Source: a virus (lineage: Duplodnaviria; Caudoviricetes). From it: a stretch of 37,288 nt of DNA. The notes under the pieces are model-generated. The model saw only the letters and a program-made list of their open reading frames with translations. It was not told the DNA's origin and did not search any database. The position numbers and the translations under genes were made by a program. The stretch spans positions 1 to 37,288 of the IMG/VR virus record IMGVR_UViG_3300003969_000010. One strand, written 5' to 3'. The first letter of the stretch is position 1. Each line of letters starts with the position of its first letter. Below, one piece after another: positions 1 through 9,553 of the stretch.

Positions 1-120
1 CTACTTACCCGCCCTCTCAAGCACCCGAATGCACCGCGCCACCACTTCTGCGTCCCCGGTCTTCTCCTGCTTTTTCAGCATCAAACGATAGGCCCGCAGA
101 GCCTTAATTGCTTCTGTCAT
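1..120 (-). CDS. Small hypothetical protein (39 aa)
   Basis: Read by hand: MTEAIKALRAYRLMLKKQEKTGDAEVVARCIRVLERAGK*. The ATG overlaps the stop of the o-spanin (ATGA); TAG at 1-3. Confidence 0.55.
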   Translation of the reverse strand: MTEAIKALRAYRLMLKKQEKTGDAEVVARCIRVLERAGK

Positions 121-338
121 TTGACGCCCGCAGCCGCGCGGCATTGGTAGTAAATCCCGCTCACCTCCACCAGCTTGGCCGTTACCGCGCCAAAGGTGTC
201 ATCGCTTAGGGGCGTCAGCACCGGGCAGCTTGCCACCGCCAGGGGCTTCGGCTCCACCGTTGAGGGCTTGGTTAACCAGGCGCAGGCTGTCAGCAGGTAA
301 CTTGCAGTCAGCAAAAACAGTATTTGTACGAATTTCAC
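117..338 (-). CDS. Outer-membrane spanin (Rz1-like lipoprotein)
   Basis: GTG start at 338, hydrophobic signal with lipobox LTAC, Pro-rich mature part; overlaps the 3' half of the Rz-like gene in another frame. Confidence 0.75.
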   Translation of the reverse strand: MKFVQILFLLTASYLLTACAWLTKPSTVEPKPLAVASCPVLTPLSDDTFGAVTAKLVEVSGIYYQCRAAAGVK

Positions 339-546
339 GCTGCACCTCGTTTTGAATGGTGGTGTACTTTGGTTTGATCTGGGCAATGGCTTGCGCTGCC
401 GCCGCGTTGGCCGCGTCCACTGCCTCGGCAATGTGGTTTTGCTCGCGGGCTTGGGCCGCCAACTGGTGATCTGCACCCAGCTTGAAGCCCCCAGCGCCAG
501 CACCCAGCGCGACCAACATCGCGGCGATGATCAGGTAAGGGTTCAT
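199..546 (-). CDS. Inner-membrane spanin (Rz-like)
   Basis: MNPYLIIAAMLVALGAGAGG N-terminal TM, then an Ala/Gln helical region; ATG overlaps the upstream stop; overlapping lipoprotein gene. Confidence 0.75.
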   Translation of the reverse strand: MNPYLIIAAMLVALGAGAGGFKLGADHQLAAQAREQNHIAEAVDAANAAAAQAIAQIKPKYTTIQNEVQREIRTNTVFADCKLPADSLRLVNQALNGGAEAPGGGKLPGADAPKR

Positions 547-749
547 TTTGTTTTTGGCTGGTCGACCAGCCGCCCAAGGATGCCGAACACCAGCAGCCCC
601 ATGGTGATCATGTAGACGATGTTGGGAGGAACCCCGGCACGTAAATCTTCTGGGAACATCACCCACGTACCTTGTATTGCCGTGGCCAATGCCATAGCCT
701 GCACCGACAACATGCGGTAAGCCTTCTTCCAGTTAGCTATGAGTTTCAT
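543..749 (-). CDS. Holin-like small membrane protein (68 aa)
   Basis: MKLIANWKKAYRMLSVQAMALA... two hydrophobic segments and a basic C-terminus; located in the lysis cassette. Confidence 0.65.
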   Translation of the reverse strand: MKLIANWKKAYRMLSVQAMALATAIQGTWVMFPEDLRAGVPPNIVYMITMGLLVFGILGRLVDQPKTK

Positions 750-1324
750 GGTGTGCCTTTCGAGCAAATAGTCACCACCCGCGCAACTCCGTACTCGGCG
801 CGAATGTCGCCCAGCGTGGCCGGGGCAGTTGGTTTAGTGAGGTCACACACAGCACCCACGGGCGCACGCGCAACGATGACGGTGCCCACAACGCCATTGG
901 TCAGCGAGTAAGCTGGCCGGGTTGTGGCGGTGCCATTGGCTTTGACGCGCCAAACTGGAGGCTTGAGGATGGCCGCACGCTCTGCGCATAGGGCAATGGC
1001 TGTCGCGTCGGGTGGAGCGTCACAGCTCCAAGGCAGGTAGGTCTTGACTGCCGCCGCATATGCCGCCTCCCGATCCGCAGCGGTGTAGATGCTTGCGATC
1101 ACCCCGCCGAACTTGGCAGGGTCACACACAGCATGGGTGCAGCTCAAGCCGATATGAGTGCCGCCCACGCATGGCACGTAGAGATGCTTGCCAAGCGTGC
1201 CAGTCTCCCAGCGCACCGGGCCTGGGACGACTTCACAGGAACCCGCACGCGCAAAGTTCACGCCAGCGAATGACAGCAGGCAGAAGACCACCAAGCCGAG
1301 AATGAATCGAGCGCCGAAGTTCAT
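746..1324 (-). CDS. Putative secreted Cys-rich protein (192 aa)
   Basis: ATG at 1324 overlaps the endolysin stop; signal-peptide-like N-terminus ending ARA; 8 Cys in the mature part. Confidence 0.7.
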   Translation of the reverse strand: MNFGARFILGLVVFCLLSFAGVNFARAGSCEVVPGPVRWETGTLGKHLYVPCVGGTHIGLSCTHAVCDPAKFGGVIASIYTAADREAAYAAAVKTYLPWSCDAPPDATAIALCAERAAILKPPVWRVKANGTATTRPAYSLTNGVVGTVIVARAPVGAVCDLTKPTAPATLGDIRAEYGVARVVTICSKGTP

Positions 1325-1779
1325 GCAATCCTCACTATTCCCACGGCCAGCCCTTTGTCGGTGATGGTCAGGATTCGATTGACAGCCTTCTCTGGGGAGC
1401 GCGTGGACACATGCACCCACTGCTTGCCCTTCACGCCTTCCAGAATTAGCTGACCTATACCCAGCACGCTCACCAGCGGGGCCAAGGCTTCGGCCACATC
1501 TGACGCGGAGCCATAGGCCGGGGCCACAATGTCAGCGGCATGGCCTTGCGTGTGGTCGGAGCTGGTGACGCCACCCACGGCGCGATTCACCGGGGGGCTA
1601 CGGTAGCCGCTGGTCACGATCACAGGGGTCTTGAGCGTGGTACGTATGCGCTCCAGCAGCTCGGCCAGCAAGATCAGCGGGGGCAACAGCTCGGACGGTG
1701 GCGTGTTCTTGAGGCCAAGCTGCGCGGCTTTGTTGCTTGCGGTCAGCTCTGCCAGGGTGAAGTGCGGCGAGAGTTTCAT
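1321..1779 (-). CDS. Endolysin, peptidase M15A (D-Ala-D-Ala peptidase-like)
   Basis: LSPHFTLAEL, SGYR, SDHTQGHAAD and WVHVS Zn-peptidase motifs. Confidence 0.9.
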   Translation of the reverse strand: MKLSPHFTLAELTASNKAAQLGLKNTPPSELLPPLILLAELLERIRTTLKTPVIVTSGYRSPPVNRAVGGVTSSDHTQGHAADIVAPAYGSASDVAEALAPLVSVLGIGQLILEGVKGKQWVHVSTRSPEKAVNRILTITDKGLAVGIVRIA

Positions 1780-1976
1780 GGCGCCTGCTCCGGTGGTCTA
1801 TTGCGGCCATCCCACTCTTTGCGCAGCCGGAAACAAATCTGAATCAGCACCCAGAGGATGGATACGATGTAGAAAATGTCTTGCCAGTTCACCAATCCGG
1901 TGATGCTCGTGACAAACACGGCAGCCGGGGGGATGGAAGCCACCTTCTCAACTACTGTCATGGCGTGGTCGCTCAT
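1776..1976 (-). CDS. Putative holin (66 aa)
   Basis: Small, hydrophobic (IFYIVSILWVLIQICF), charged tail; directly upstream of and coupled to the endolysin. Confidence 0.65.
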   Translation of the reverse strand: MSDHAMTVVEKVASIPPAAVFVTSITGLVNWQDIFYIVSILWVLIQICFRLRKEWDGRNRPPEQAP

Positions 1977-2332
1977 GCCGATATCCCCGATGCTGTTACA
2001 AAAAGCGCGTCCACTTGCCCCGCTGTTAGTCCGAGCAGCGCCGCAAGACCTGCAACCGTGGGGGATGCGCGCTCAAAATCTTGGGTCTCAGTCCAAGCCA
2101 GCTTGGTAACCATTGGCGTGTCAGGCAGGGCCATGTACACCTCTACCTGCTCAAGCAGGCCAGCACCCAAAAGCGCGGCTTTTGCTTGAAAACGGCTTAC
2201 ACGTTGTGGCACTGCTGGCGCAAGCGTGGGCGCATCATCCTCAATCACATAAGGCATGCCGGGTTCGTAAAACTCCTCATTCGGACCGAAGGCCACGGCC
2301 ACGCCGTTGACGCGCACTACTTTGAAACTCAT
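1973..2332 (-). CDS. Tail-fibre-associated hypothetical protein
   Basis: VSRFQAKAALL...LF..A pattern typical of the small phage proteins that follow fibre genes; coupled to the fibre gene. Confidence 0.6.
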   Translation of the reverse strand: MSFKVVRVNGVAVAFGPNEEFYEPGMPYVIEDDAPTLAPAVPQRVSRFQAKAALLGAGLLEQVEVYMALPDTPMVTKLAWTETQDFERASPTVAGLAALLGLTAGQVDALFVTASGISA

Positions 2333-3156
2333 GGCAAATACTCCTTAATCGTGATGCGCGAAGCAATGACGCCGTTGTAGAACTGAGCTGCGCTCACGCC
2401 GTTGAATGTGAGTGTCGAGCCTGACGAAGACCCTGCGCGAACGGAATAGGTGCGCGCTGATGTAGACCCTGCCGAAACCAAGTGTTTAAGGGGAACCGAC
2501 ATAAGGGACAGTGAACCCGGCGCGTGCCCTGCTGCTGATAAAGCATTTGCAGTACCAACTTCAAAAAGTGCTACGGTTGTTGTGCTACCAGCTCCGTTTG
2601 ATCCGATCCATTCAACATCTATTTCCAGTGTGCTGCTGGCGTTGGTAGGCGTAAACGCAAGGCTTAGATATTGGTCGCCCTCCGTGATTTGGGGGATGGT
2701 GTTGTCAGCGGGAATGGTTGTTGTGCCGACTGACATAGTGCCAGTTTGGAATGTTTGAATCTGGGCTATTACTCGTCCAGACACCGACAAAGTACCAGCC
2801 GCAAGCGTTAGACCTGCACCGATGCTGATTTCTTCCACTGCTCCCGTGGATGCCGTAGTCCGTCCAAGCATGCGCGCGGTTGTCTGCGTGAGGCCGGATG
2901 CAGTTACAAGACCGGATGCTGCTGCGCCTGTGGGCCGCCCAGTACTCAGCGTCAGCACATCAATCCAAGCCGAGTTGGCCGCGTTGCGTTGCTTCAAGAT
3001 GCCGGCCGTGGTGTCGGCCCACCACATGAAGGCAAAGGTGGTGGCGGGCGCGGTGGCTCCGCTGTTGTTGCTGACCAGGGCTTGCAGTGCGCTGTTCGCG
3101 TCTGCCCTAAACGCGGCGCCACTCGCGTTGGCCAGGCTCATGTCGTTTTGGCTCAT
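2329..3156 (-). CDS. Tail fibre / receptor-binding protein (275 aa)
   Basis: N-terminal FRADANSALQAL...MWWADTTAGILKQRN fibre-anchor pattern; Thr/Ser/Gly-rich; follows the tail tip gene. Confidence 0.7.
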   Translation of the reverse strand: MSQNDMSLANASGAAFRADANSALQALVSNNSGATAPATTFAFMWWADTTAGILKQRNAANSAWIDVLTLSTGRPTGAAASGLVTASGLTQTTARMLGRTTASTGAVEEISIGAGLTLAAGTLSVSGRVIAQIQTFQTGTMSVGTTTIPADNTIPQITEGDQYLSLAFTPTNASSTLEIDVEWIGSNGAGSTTTVALFEVGTANALSAAGHAPGSLSLMSVPLKHLVSAGSTSARTYSVRAGSSSGSTLTFNGVSAAQFYNGVIASRITIKEYLP

Positions 3157-3165
3157 ATGCCTCCT

Positions 3166-5718
3166 TTAAACCGGGTTTTTCACGTCCACACGCAGGGTGC
3201 TGACGGCAATGTTGTGGGCGTTGTCGCCGCTCAATAGGTCGAGCCGGAACTTCAAGGCCCTGCACGTTACGTCCGCCACAAAAAACGGCGTCCACGGCCC
3301 CCACACGGGCGTGCCTGCGGGGTTGTCGTTGGTGGCGGCGTAGTACAGGGTTACGTCGCAGTCGTTCACCACGCCGCCGTCTATGTCGTCCCAGGTGTCT
3401 ATCAGCTCGGTCTTCGCGTCAATCAGTGCGCTGGTGTCAAAACTCAGCGCCTTAATGTCGGCCTCCACGCGGCGGGTGGCCACGGTGGTCATGTCCAGGT
3501 AGGTGGTGAAGTCGTAGCTTGCGGTGAGGCCGCTGGTGATTTGCAGCGCGCTACTCACCACCGTGCAGTTGGTCTTGGTGCCACTGAATGCAGGGTCTTG
3601 CGTGCTGTTGGCCACCGTAGTGAACCCGGTGACCAGCCCTTCGGTGGCCACAAAGCTGGCGGCGTTGGTGCTGTAGGTGGCCGTGGAGTCTTTGGCCTTG
3701 ATCATGTAGGTGCCGGTCATGAGGGGCAGCAGGCCGCTCACGCTGTCGCCCGCAAATTCCTCCAAGATCACACCATCCGCCCACGTAGCGCCCGTGGTCT
3801 GCGGGCTGTGGCGCACCACTACGCGCCCGCCAATGCGCACATCCAAGTCGCCCGTGAGCGCCCAGCTACCCAAGGCCACGCCGCCCACTTTGGTGACGCT
3901 AAAGCCCGCCACATCGCCCGGCGCGGCGGTAAGGCCCAGCAGCTCTTTGGTGGTGGTGCCGCTGTACGCACTGCGCACACCCAGCGTGCTGACGGCGCGC
4001 AGCCGGAATTGGTAGATGCCGGGCGCCAAGTCAGGCAGGTCTACGGTGTTGGTGCGTACCTCGGGCAGCAGGGTCCAGGTGGCATCTGCGGCCAGTTTGT
4101 AGTCCACCAGGTAGCCAGTGACAAACACATCGGATACGGCAACCCACTCCACAGTGGCGCGGCTCTTGACGCCTGCACTGCCTGTGGTTTGGTACAGGCT
4201 CTCAGTTACTGTGGGCGCTCCAGGTACTTGCACCAGCAGCGGGTCGCCCAGGTTGGTGTCTGGCGCGGGGTCCACCACGGTTTGCAGGCCGCTGTTCCAG
4301 TTGTAGCTGGCGGCGGTTTCCTCTTGCAGCACCAGGTCCACGCCGCCCTCGGGCGCAAAGGTCCATTCAAGCACCTTGAATTCTTTTGCCGCCCAGCCGA
4401 GTTGTGGCAGCGTGACCATTACCGTGTCCAAGGTGGCCACCTTGAAGGTGGTGAGTTTGGCCGACATTTCCACGGTGATGCCCTGTCTAGAGCGCTCCAG
4501 CATCAGCTTGGCAATGCGCTGGGCCGTGGCGCTGGATGTGGTGAACGGCAGCGACACATCGCGCCAAATGACTTGCCCACCGTCTTGCGTGGCGTAGGCG
4601 CTGTTGCTCACGGTGGGGAAGTCCGTTGGCTGCCAGAACACGCTGGGGCTCACAAACGTGCCGCGCACCGCGTTGTACAGATCGCGCCTGCTGATACGGG
4701 GGCGCACACGCACGGGGCCGCGCAGGTCGTCTGCGGTGATGGTGACAGCAGGGGCGCTGTACGCGCCGGGGTAAACCAAATACTTGCCACCCGACCACAC
4801 GACGAAACCAGCCATTGCAGAGAGCAGTGCCTCGGTGATGCTGCGGGGGGTGTCGCCCAGGTCCACCACGCCGTTGCCGGTGTAGCGGGCCTCGGTGCCG
4901 CTGGGCAAGATGGCCACAGATTCGTCGCACACGTTAGCCGCTGCTATCACCAGCGTGTCATCAATCTCGGCGCCAGTGGCCTCCAGCCCGTAGTTGCTGG
5001 TGAGGTAGTCGCGCACTTGCAGGGCCGGGTTTGCGCTCCACACAGTGAGGCCAGTGCGGGGGTCGTACAGCTTTTTGCCGCGCACGATGCACTTGACGTT
5101 GGGTATGCCGGTGGGAAACACGTCCTGGTTGAACGTGAGCTTCACCACCAGGTAGGCCACGCCGCTCAAGGTGTGCGCAGTAGTCCAGCCAGCGCCCAGT
5201 GCTACCAGCTCGGCGTTGGCAGCCTGGCCAGCGGTGCCGCTGTGCAACGTGAAGTTGGCGCGGCCTGCATAGGCTCCGCTGGCCACGTTGGCCGTGGGTG
5301 TGCCGCTGGTGAGGGCAATGCCCAGGGCCACTTCGTTGAAATAGATGTCCTCTATGCCGTCGATCTCGTGCCCGGCCAAGGGGATGACCAGGTGCAGCGT
5401 GCCGTTGCTGGCGCCACTGCTGGCGGCAAACACTAGCGGGCCGGACACCATAGCGCGGCCATACACGATAGTGCGGTTTGCCACGCCGCTGCGCACGATC
5501 TGGTCGCGGCCCTGCGCCTGGGCGGTGAAGCTGGAGCCACCGCCACCACTGCGGCCGCCGCCCACGGCGTTGCGCAAGGCACCGCCCACCACCATGGACA
5601 CGGCTGCGCTGGTGGCCACGGCAAACCAGGTGCCCGCCATGAAGGTGCCCCACACCGCTGCAGACGCGGCGGTGCCGGCTGCGGATGCTACGGCGGCTAT
5701 TGCTACAGATACCGGCAT
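3166..5718 (-). CDS. Tail tip / host-specificity protein J-like with FN3 domain (850 aa)
   Basis: IVYGRAMVSG, GKKLYDPRTG, WSANPAL motifs; FN3-like YQFRLRAVS. Start set at MPVSVAIA (5718), overlapping the upstream stop. Confidence 0.85.
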   Translation of the reverse strand: MPVSVAIAAVASAAGTAASAAVWGTFMAGTWFAVATSAAVSMVVGGALRNAVGGGRSGGGGSSFTAQAQGRDQIVRSGVANRTIVYGRAMVSGPLVFAASSGASNGTLHLVIPLAGHEIDGIEDIYFNEVALGIALTSGTPTANVASGAYAGRANFTLHSGTAGQAANAELVALGAGWTTAHTLSGVAYLVVKLTFNQDVFPTGIPNVKCIVRGKKLYDPRTGLTVWSANPALQVRDYLTSNYGLEATGAEIDDTLVIAAANVCDESVAILPSGTEARYTGNGVVDLGDTPRSITEALLSAMAGFVVWSGGKYLVYPGAYSAPAVTITADDLRGPVRVRPRISRRDLYNAVRGTFVSPSVFWQPTDFPTVSNSAYATQDGGQVIWRDVSLPFTTSSATAQRIAKLMLERSRQGITVEMSAKLTTFKVATLDTVMVTLPQLGWAAKEFKVLEWTFAPEGGVDLVLQEETAASYNWNSGLQTVVDPAPDTNLGDPLLVQVPGAPTVTESLYQTTGSAGVKSRATVEWVAVSDVFVTGYLVDYKLAADATWTLLPEVRTNTVDLPDLAPGIYQFRLRAVSTLGVRSAYSGTTTKELLGLTAAPGDVAGFSVTKVGGVALGSWALTGDLDVRIGGRVVVRHSPQTTGATWADGVILEEFAGDSVSGLLPLMTGTYMIKAKDSTATYSTNAASFVATEGLVTGFTTVANSTQDPAFSGTKTNCTVVSSALQITSGLTASYDFTTYLDMTTVATRRVEADIKALSFDTSALIDAKTELIDTWDDIDGGVVNDCDVTLYYAATNDNPAGTPVWGPWTPFFVADVTCRALKFRLDLLSGDNAHNIAVSTLRVDVKNPV

Positions 5719-6137
5719 TACGCAACCCTCACAGAACACACCATGCCGCTGTGGCTGGTGGGCAGCAGTGCCAGGCCGTGGCGTTGCAGCACGGCCACGT
5801 GGGCGCCAGTGCACACGCCCAGGTGCTGGCCGCCAGCGTCGGCAAACACCACCACATCACCCCGGCGGGCCAGCAGCACGGGCGCTGGCTCTTGGCCCAG
5901 CACACGGCACACGGCCTCTTGTAGGGTGGGCGCGATGGTGTGGATCTTGTCTTGCGCCTCGCGCAGGGTGGTGTAGCCGCTGAATTGCGGCCAGAAGTCA
6001 ACCCCGCACATGGCGGCGATGCACTGGCAAGTGAAGCGCAGGCAGTCGTGCTGGCCCAGCACATAGGGCTTGGCTTGCGCGGCGGCTACCTGGGCGGCAA
6101 GCTGCTCGGGCCAGTCTTGGTGGCGGGTAAGCATCAT
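5718..6137 (-). CDS. Tail-tip NlpC/P60-like protein (gpK position)
   Basis: GQHDCLRF (Cys), RRGDVV and HLGV motifs; position between the gpL-like and J-like genes. Confidence 0.7.
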   Translation of the reverse strand: MMLTRHQDWPEQLAAQVAAAQAKPYVLGQHDCLRFTCQCIAAMCGVDFWPQFSGYTTLREAQDKIHTIAPTLQEAVCRVLGQEPAPVLLARRGDVVVFADAGGQHLGVCTGAHVAVLQRHGLALLPTSHSGMVCSVRVA

Positions 6138-6138
6138 G

Positions 6139-6696
6139 TCAATAGCCCCAGCGGATGGATTTCTCTACCATTTGCGGGACAAACTCAAAGCCTTTGTCCG
6201 ATGGGTAGCTGATGTTTTGGTCGGCGCTGTTGTAGCGGCGCACGCGGGGGCGGTCCCAGTCGGCCAGGCGGCTCTCTGCGGCCACGGTGATGCTGGCGGT
6301 GGTGCCCAGCTCTACGTCCATCGTGTCCATGCGGCCACTGAATACGAGATACGGGTCGGCCACCACGGTGTAGTCTTCATTTAGGGCGGCAAACCAGACC
6401 CGGCAGGCGCGGCCCTGGTACTGCTGGCCCAGTGCAATGGCAATGCTGGCCGGGTCTACCCCGCTGATGGAAAAGCGCAGGCCACGGGCCTCTAGCGTCA
6501 TGCCCTCGGTGATGGGCTCGATGCTGCCAATCCGGCCTACGCCCAGCCATTCCAGGCTGTTCCACTGCATGTTTTGCGCAGAGTTGTTCATGCGCAGCAT
6601 TCCGCTGGGGAAGTCCATCTCTACAAAGACCACGGCACGCACTTGGCTTGCGGCCAAGGCGTTGTTGGTGGCGGTGGTGGTGGCGCGGTTTGCCAT
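6139..6696 (-). CDS. Tail-tip / baseplate hub protein (gpL position)
   Basis: W.GVG.IGSI..., F.GRMD, DQ...YPSDKGFEFV pattern; synteny. Start MANRAT at 6696. Confidence 0.7.
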   Translation of the reverse strand: MANRATTTATNNALAASQVRAVVFVEMDFPSGMLRMNNSAQNMQWNSLEWLGVGRIGSIEPITEGMTLEARGLRFSISGVDPASIAIALGQQYQGRACRVWFAALNEDYTVVADPYLVFSGRMDTMDVELGTTASITVAAESRLADWDRPRVRRYNSADQNISYPSDKGFEFVPQMVEKSIRWGY

Positions 6697-6700
6697 GTGA

Positions 6701-7306
6701 CTACCAGGCCTCTGTGCAGGCAATGCTCACGGAGTCCAGCCCGGGCGCAGTGGTGATGGAGCGGGCGGAGTCTTCGTCCATCTTGAAGATGGCGGTGGGC
6801 CGGGTGGTGACAATGGCCGAGCCGTTGGCCGGGCTGTTGCGCAGCGGTGGCTCAAAGGTGAGTGTGGAAATGCCAGAGCCGTTGCTGGCTGCGTCGGCCA
6901 CCAGCATCTTGAGCTCGCCACCCACGCCAATGAAATCGCCCACGCGCAGAATGCCTGCGGTGCTGGGTGTCCAGCCGCTGGTGGTGAGGATGTTGCCGGT
7001 CTGCCCTGCCCCGCTGACCACGGGCGTGCCGGTGGCAATGCCGCGCGGTGTGGGGCGTGCCATGTTCCACAGCGTGAAGCGGCCCGACTGGCCCCGGAGC
7101 TGGGCGCACCAGGCGCGCCACACGGCGGCGTCGTTCGCATCGAGCGCATTAAACGAAAACTGCGCAGCCCAGCGGGCGCCAGGCATCTCCACCGTTTGCA
7201 CGGCCCCAGACAATGGCGACTGGAATGACTGGGTGTTGCTGATGAGCTGCCAATCAAAGCTGGCGGGCAGCTTGCGGCTGAGGGTGGGCCAGGTGAGGGT
7301 TGGCAT
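6701..7306 (-). CDS. Distal tail protein-like
   Basis: Immediately after the tape measure gene; SPLSGAVQTVEMPGARW, FEPPLR motifs. Confidence 0.65.
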   Translation of the reverse strand: MPTLTWPTLSRKLPASFDWQLISNTQSFQSPLSGAVQTVEMPGARWAAQFSFNALDANDAAVWRAWCAQLRGQSGRFTLWNMARPTPRGIATGTPVVSGAGQTGNILTTSGWTPSTAGILRVGDFIGVGGELKMLVADAASNGSGISTLTFEPPLRNSPANGSAIVTTRPTAIFKMDEDSARSITTAPGLDSVSIACTEAW

Positions 7307-9312
7307 TATGCGAACGCCCCCCCGCGCTGGCGGCTTTGCAAAATCTCGGCCTTGGCCATTTCTTTGGCCCGGTGCATGGCGGCCATGATGGTGGCTTGGT
7401 CTGATCGGCTGTCGATGTGCACGGTTTGGTTGATGACCACCGCACCGCCGGCGCTTTGGCCCTTGGTGTGGTCCACCACGGTTTCTTGCGGGTGCAACAT
7501 GGCCATGAAGCCGCCTTTGCCATCCAGGCCACCGCTGCGGGGGCCGCTGCCGGTGGAGCCACCGCCGTCGAAGCTAAACAGGTTGCTGAAAAAGTCTCCA
7601 ATGCCACCGCCACCACTGCCCAAGGCGCTGGTGCCCACTTGCTGCAAAGCGGCCTCTGCCAGTGCGTCGGCCAACGCTGTGGCTGCGCGGGTGAAGACAA
7701 CGTTTTCCAGCGCATCGCCAAAGGCCTTGAGCGGGTCTTGCGAGTCGCGGAAGGCGGCGCTGAAGGCGCCCTTGAGGTCATTGTTGAGCGTGGTGGCAAA
7801 TTCTTTGCTGGCGCGTTCGGCGTCTTTCTTGCTGTCGGCGGCAGCGTTTTTGATTTGGGCACTGGCGGTGAGCTCGCGCTGCTTTTTGAGCAGCTCGATC
7901 TTTTGCTCCAGGATGGCCACCTCTTCGTAGCTCAGGCCGTTGGCATACGCAGTGGCCCGGGTTTGCTCGAGCTGGGCCACGGTGTCATCCATGCGCGCCA
8001 GGCGCAGGGCGCCCAGCTCTTGGGTGGTGAGGCCTATTTCTTCCAACTGCAGGGCCATGGCCTGGTTGCCTTCGGCCACGGCGTTGACATCGGCTTGCAG
8101 GCCGCGCAGGTAGTCGGCGGTGCGCTTGGCGTCGTTTTCGGCCAGGCGGGCCTCTTCGGCCACCATCTTGTTGTACATGTCGTTGCCCTCTTCCACAGCC
8201 TTGCCCAAGGCGGTGGCCAGCTCGCGCCCGGCGCGGATGCGGTCGTCTTGCGCACGCTTGGCGGCGCTGGCTGCACCCTTGAGGGCAGAGGCGGCGCCCT
8301 TGTCGTCGGCGGGGATGTCGCCGACACTCCTTAATGAGCTAGCTAGTTTGCGGCTGATGGCATCACTGTTGTCGCCCTGCAATGCCAGTATTTTTTGCTG
8401 GCGCAGCGCTTTCAAATACGCGGCCTGATTCTTGAGGTCTTGAATCTGCTTGTCGTTACCCTTCATCACTGAATCAGATGTGATTCTCTTGGCGCGATCT
8501 TCCAAAGCACCAATTTGCTGCTCCACTACTTCCAAATTTCCTTGGATATTTTTGGAGTAATCAAGCCGACCATACAGGGCCAACACCTCCAAAAAACCAC
8601 CCGCGCTGGTGTAGGCCAGTTTGAACCGTTCAACGCTCTCGTTGATGCTGGTGAGTAGCGGGCCTGACACTATGCGCGCTACATCGAGCGCGTTTTTCTT
8701 AATCTCGAAGAGTTGCTTGTTGAACTTCTCTGCGGCCTCGGCCTGCTCGGTGGTGACCTTGCCATTGAGCTTGCCCTGCTCTGCCAGGTCTTTCAGGAAT
8801 GCGGCCACCTCTTTGGTGCTCTTGCCAAACAGCTCTTGCGTCAGGCGTGCCTTGTTGCCATCGTCTGCAAAGCCTGCCAAGGCCACGGCGGTCTGGCGCA
8901 GGGCCTCTGCCGGGTCTACGGCTTTAAGTGCTTCGGCGCTGAGGCCTATGGCTTCCAGCGCTTTGGCGGTCTTGCTGCCGCCCTCTGCACTGTTGAGCAC
9001 CTGGTTGAACTTGATCAGGCTGGTCTGCACGGTGTCAAAGGTGCCGCCGGTGCGCAGGGCTACGTCTTCCAGGGCGCTGATGTTCTCGATGCTGGCGCCG
9101 GTGGCGTCTTTGAGGTCGTTCATGGCGTCGATGCCATCCACCACGCTCTTGGTCATGACAGCAAGGCCGCCCAGGCTTACCCCGCCAATGAGGCCCAGGG
9201 CGCTGGTGAGCGCGGTGGCCGAGGCTTGCAACTGGCCCATGTTGGCGCGCACCTGGCTGAGTACGCGGCTGGCGGCGTCGTCTGCAGAGATTTTGATTTT
9301 TACTTCAGACAT
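7306..9312 (-). CDS. Tape measure protein (668 aa)
   Basis: Long Ala-rich helical protein with C-terminal FDGGG.TG.G.RSGGLDGKGGF.AMLHPQE motif; follows the chaperones. Confidence 0.9.
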   Translation of the reverse strand: MSEVKIKISADDAASRVLSQVRANMGQLQASATALTSALGLIGGVSLGGLAVMTKSVVDGIDAMNDLKDATGASIENISALEDVALRTGGTFDTVQTSLIKFNQVLNSAEGGSKTAKALEAIGLSAEALKAVDPAEALRQTAVALAGFADDGNKARLTQELFGKSTKEVAAFLKDLAEQGKLNGKVTTEQAEAAEKFNKQLFEIKKNALDVARIVSGPLLTSINESVERFKLAYTSAGGFLEVLALYGRLDYSKNIQGNLEVVEQQIGALEDRAKRITSDSVMKGNDKQIQDLKNQAAYLKALRQQKILALQGDNSDAISRKLASSLRSVGDIPADDKGAASALKGAASAAKRAQDDRIRAGRELATALGKAVEEGNDMYNKMVAEEARLAENDAKRTADYLRGLQADVNAVAEGNQAMALQLEEIGLTTQELGALRLARMDDTVAQLEQTRATAYANGLSYEEVAILEQKIELLKKQRELTASAQIKNAAADSKKDAERASKEFATTLNNDLKGAFSAAFRDSQDPLKAFGDALENVVFTRAATALADALAEAALQQVGTSALGSGGGGIGDFFSNLFSFDGGGSTGSGPRSGGLDGKGGFMAMLHPQETVVDHTKGQSAGGAVVINQTVHIDSRSDQATIMAAMHRAKEMAKAEILQSRQRGGAFA

Positions 9313-9553
9313 TGCTTCGTATTTCCTGCATCAGTTCAATCAAAAGGTGCCAGTCACTTACTTCGTACAAGGAGCCATAAACCACCCAGCGCTCTGGCGC
9401 CCAGCCGCCGCAAAAGTGCCAGCAGTGGCGGGCTTGCTCGGCCAGTGCGTCCAGCACCGGGGGCTCTGCGGCCAATCCGCCAAAGCCTGCCGCTTCCAAC
9501 TTTTTGGCGTCTGCCTGGGACTTTTGCCACCCAAGCAGGCCGGTTAGTTTTTT
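9305..9553 (-). CDS. Tail assembly chaperone GT, frameshifted C-terminal part
   Basis: Open -1 frame (KKLTGLLGW...IRSNV) starting at slippery A AAA AAC just before the G stop and ending overlapping the tape measure start. Confidence 0.75.
   Translation of the reverse strand, partial: KKLTGLLGWQKSQADAKKLEAAGFGGLAAEPPVLDALAEQARHCWHFCGGWAPERWVVYGSLYEVSDWHLLIELMQEIRSNV

Noticed and set aside
2071-2083. Minus-strand CAAGATTTTGAGC resembles the VR core CAGGATTTTGAGC (both encode QDFE); possible third VR in a tail gene
   Set aside because: Match is only 12 of 13 nt with no flanking similarity and no downstream hairpin; consistent with chance.
3541-5436. 631-aa plus-strand ORF (similarly 7417-8334, 8713-9939, 9958-11154, 11447-12844)
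   Set aside because: Antisense shadows of well-supported high-GC structural genes; no recognisable motifs.
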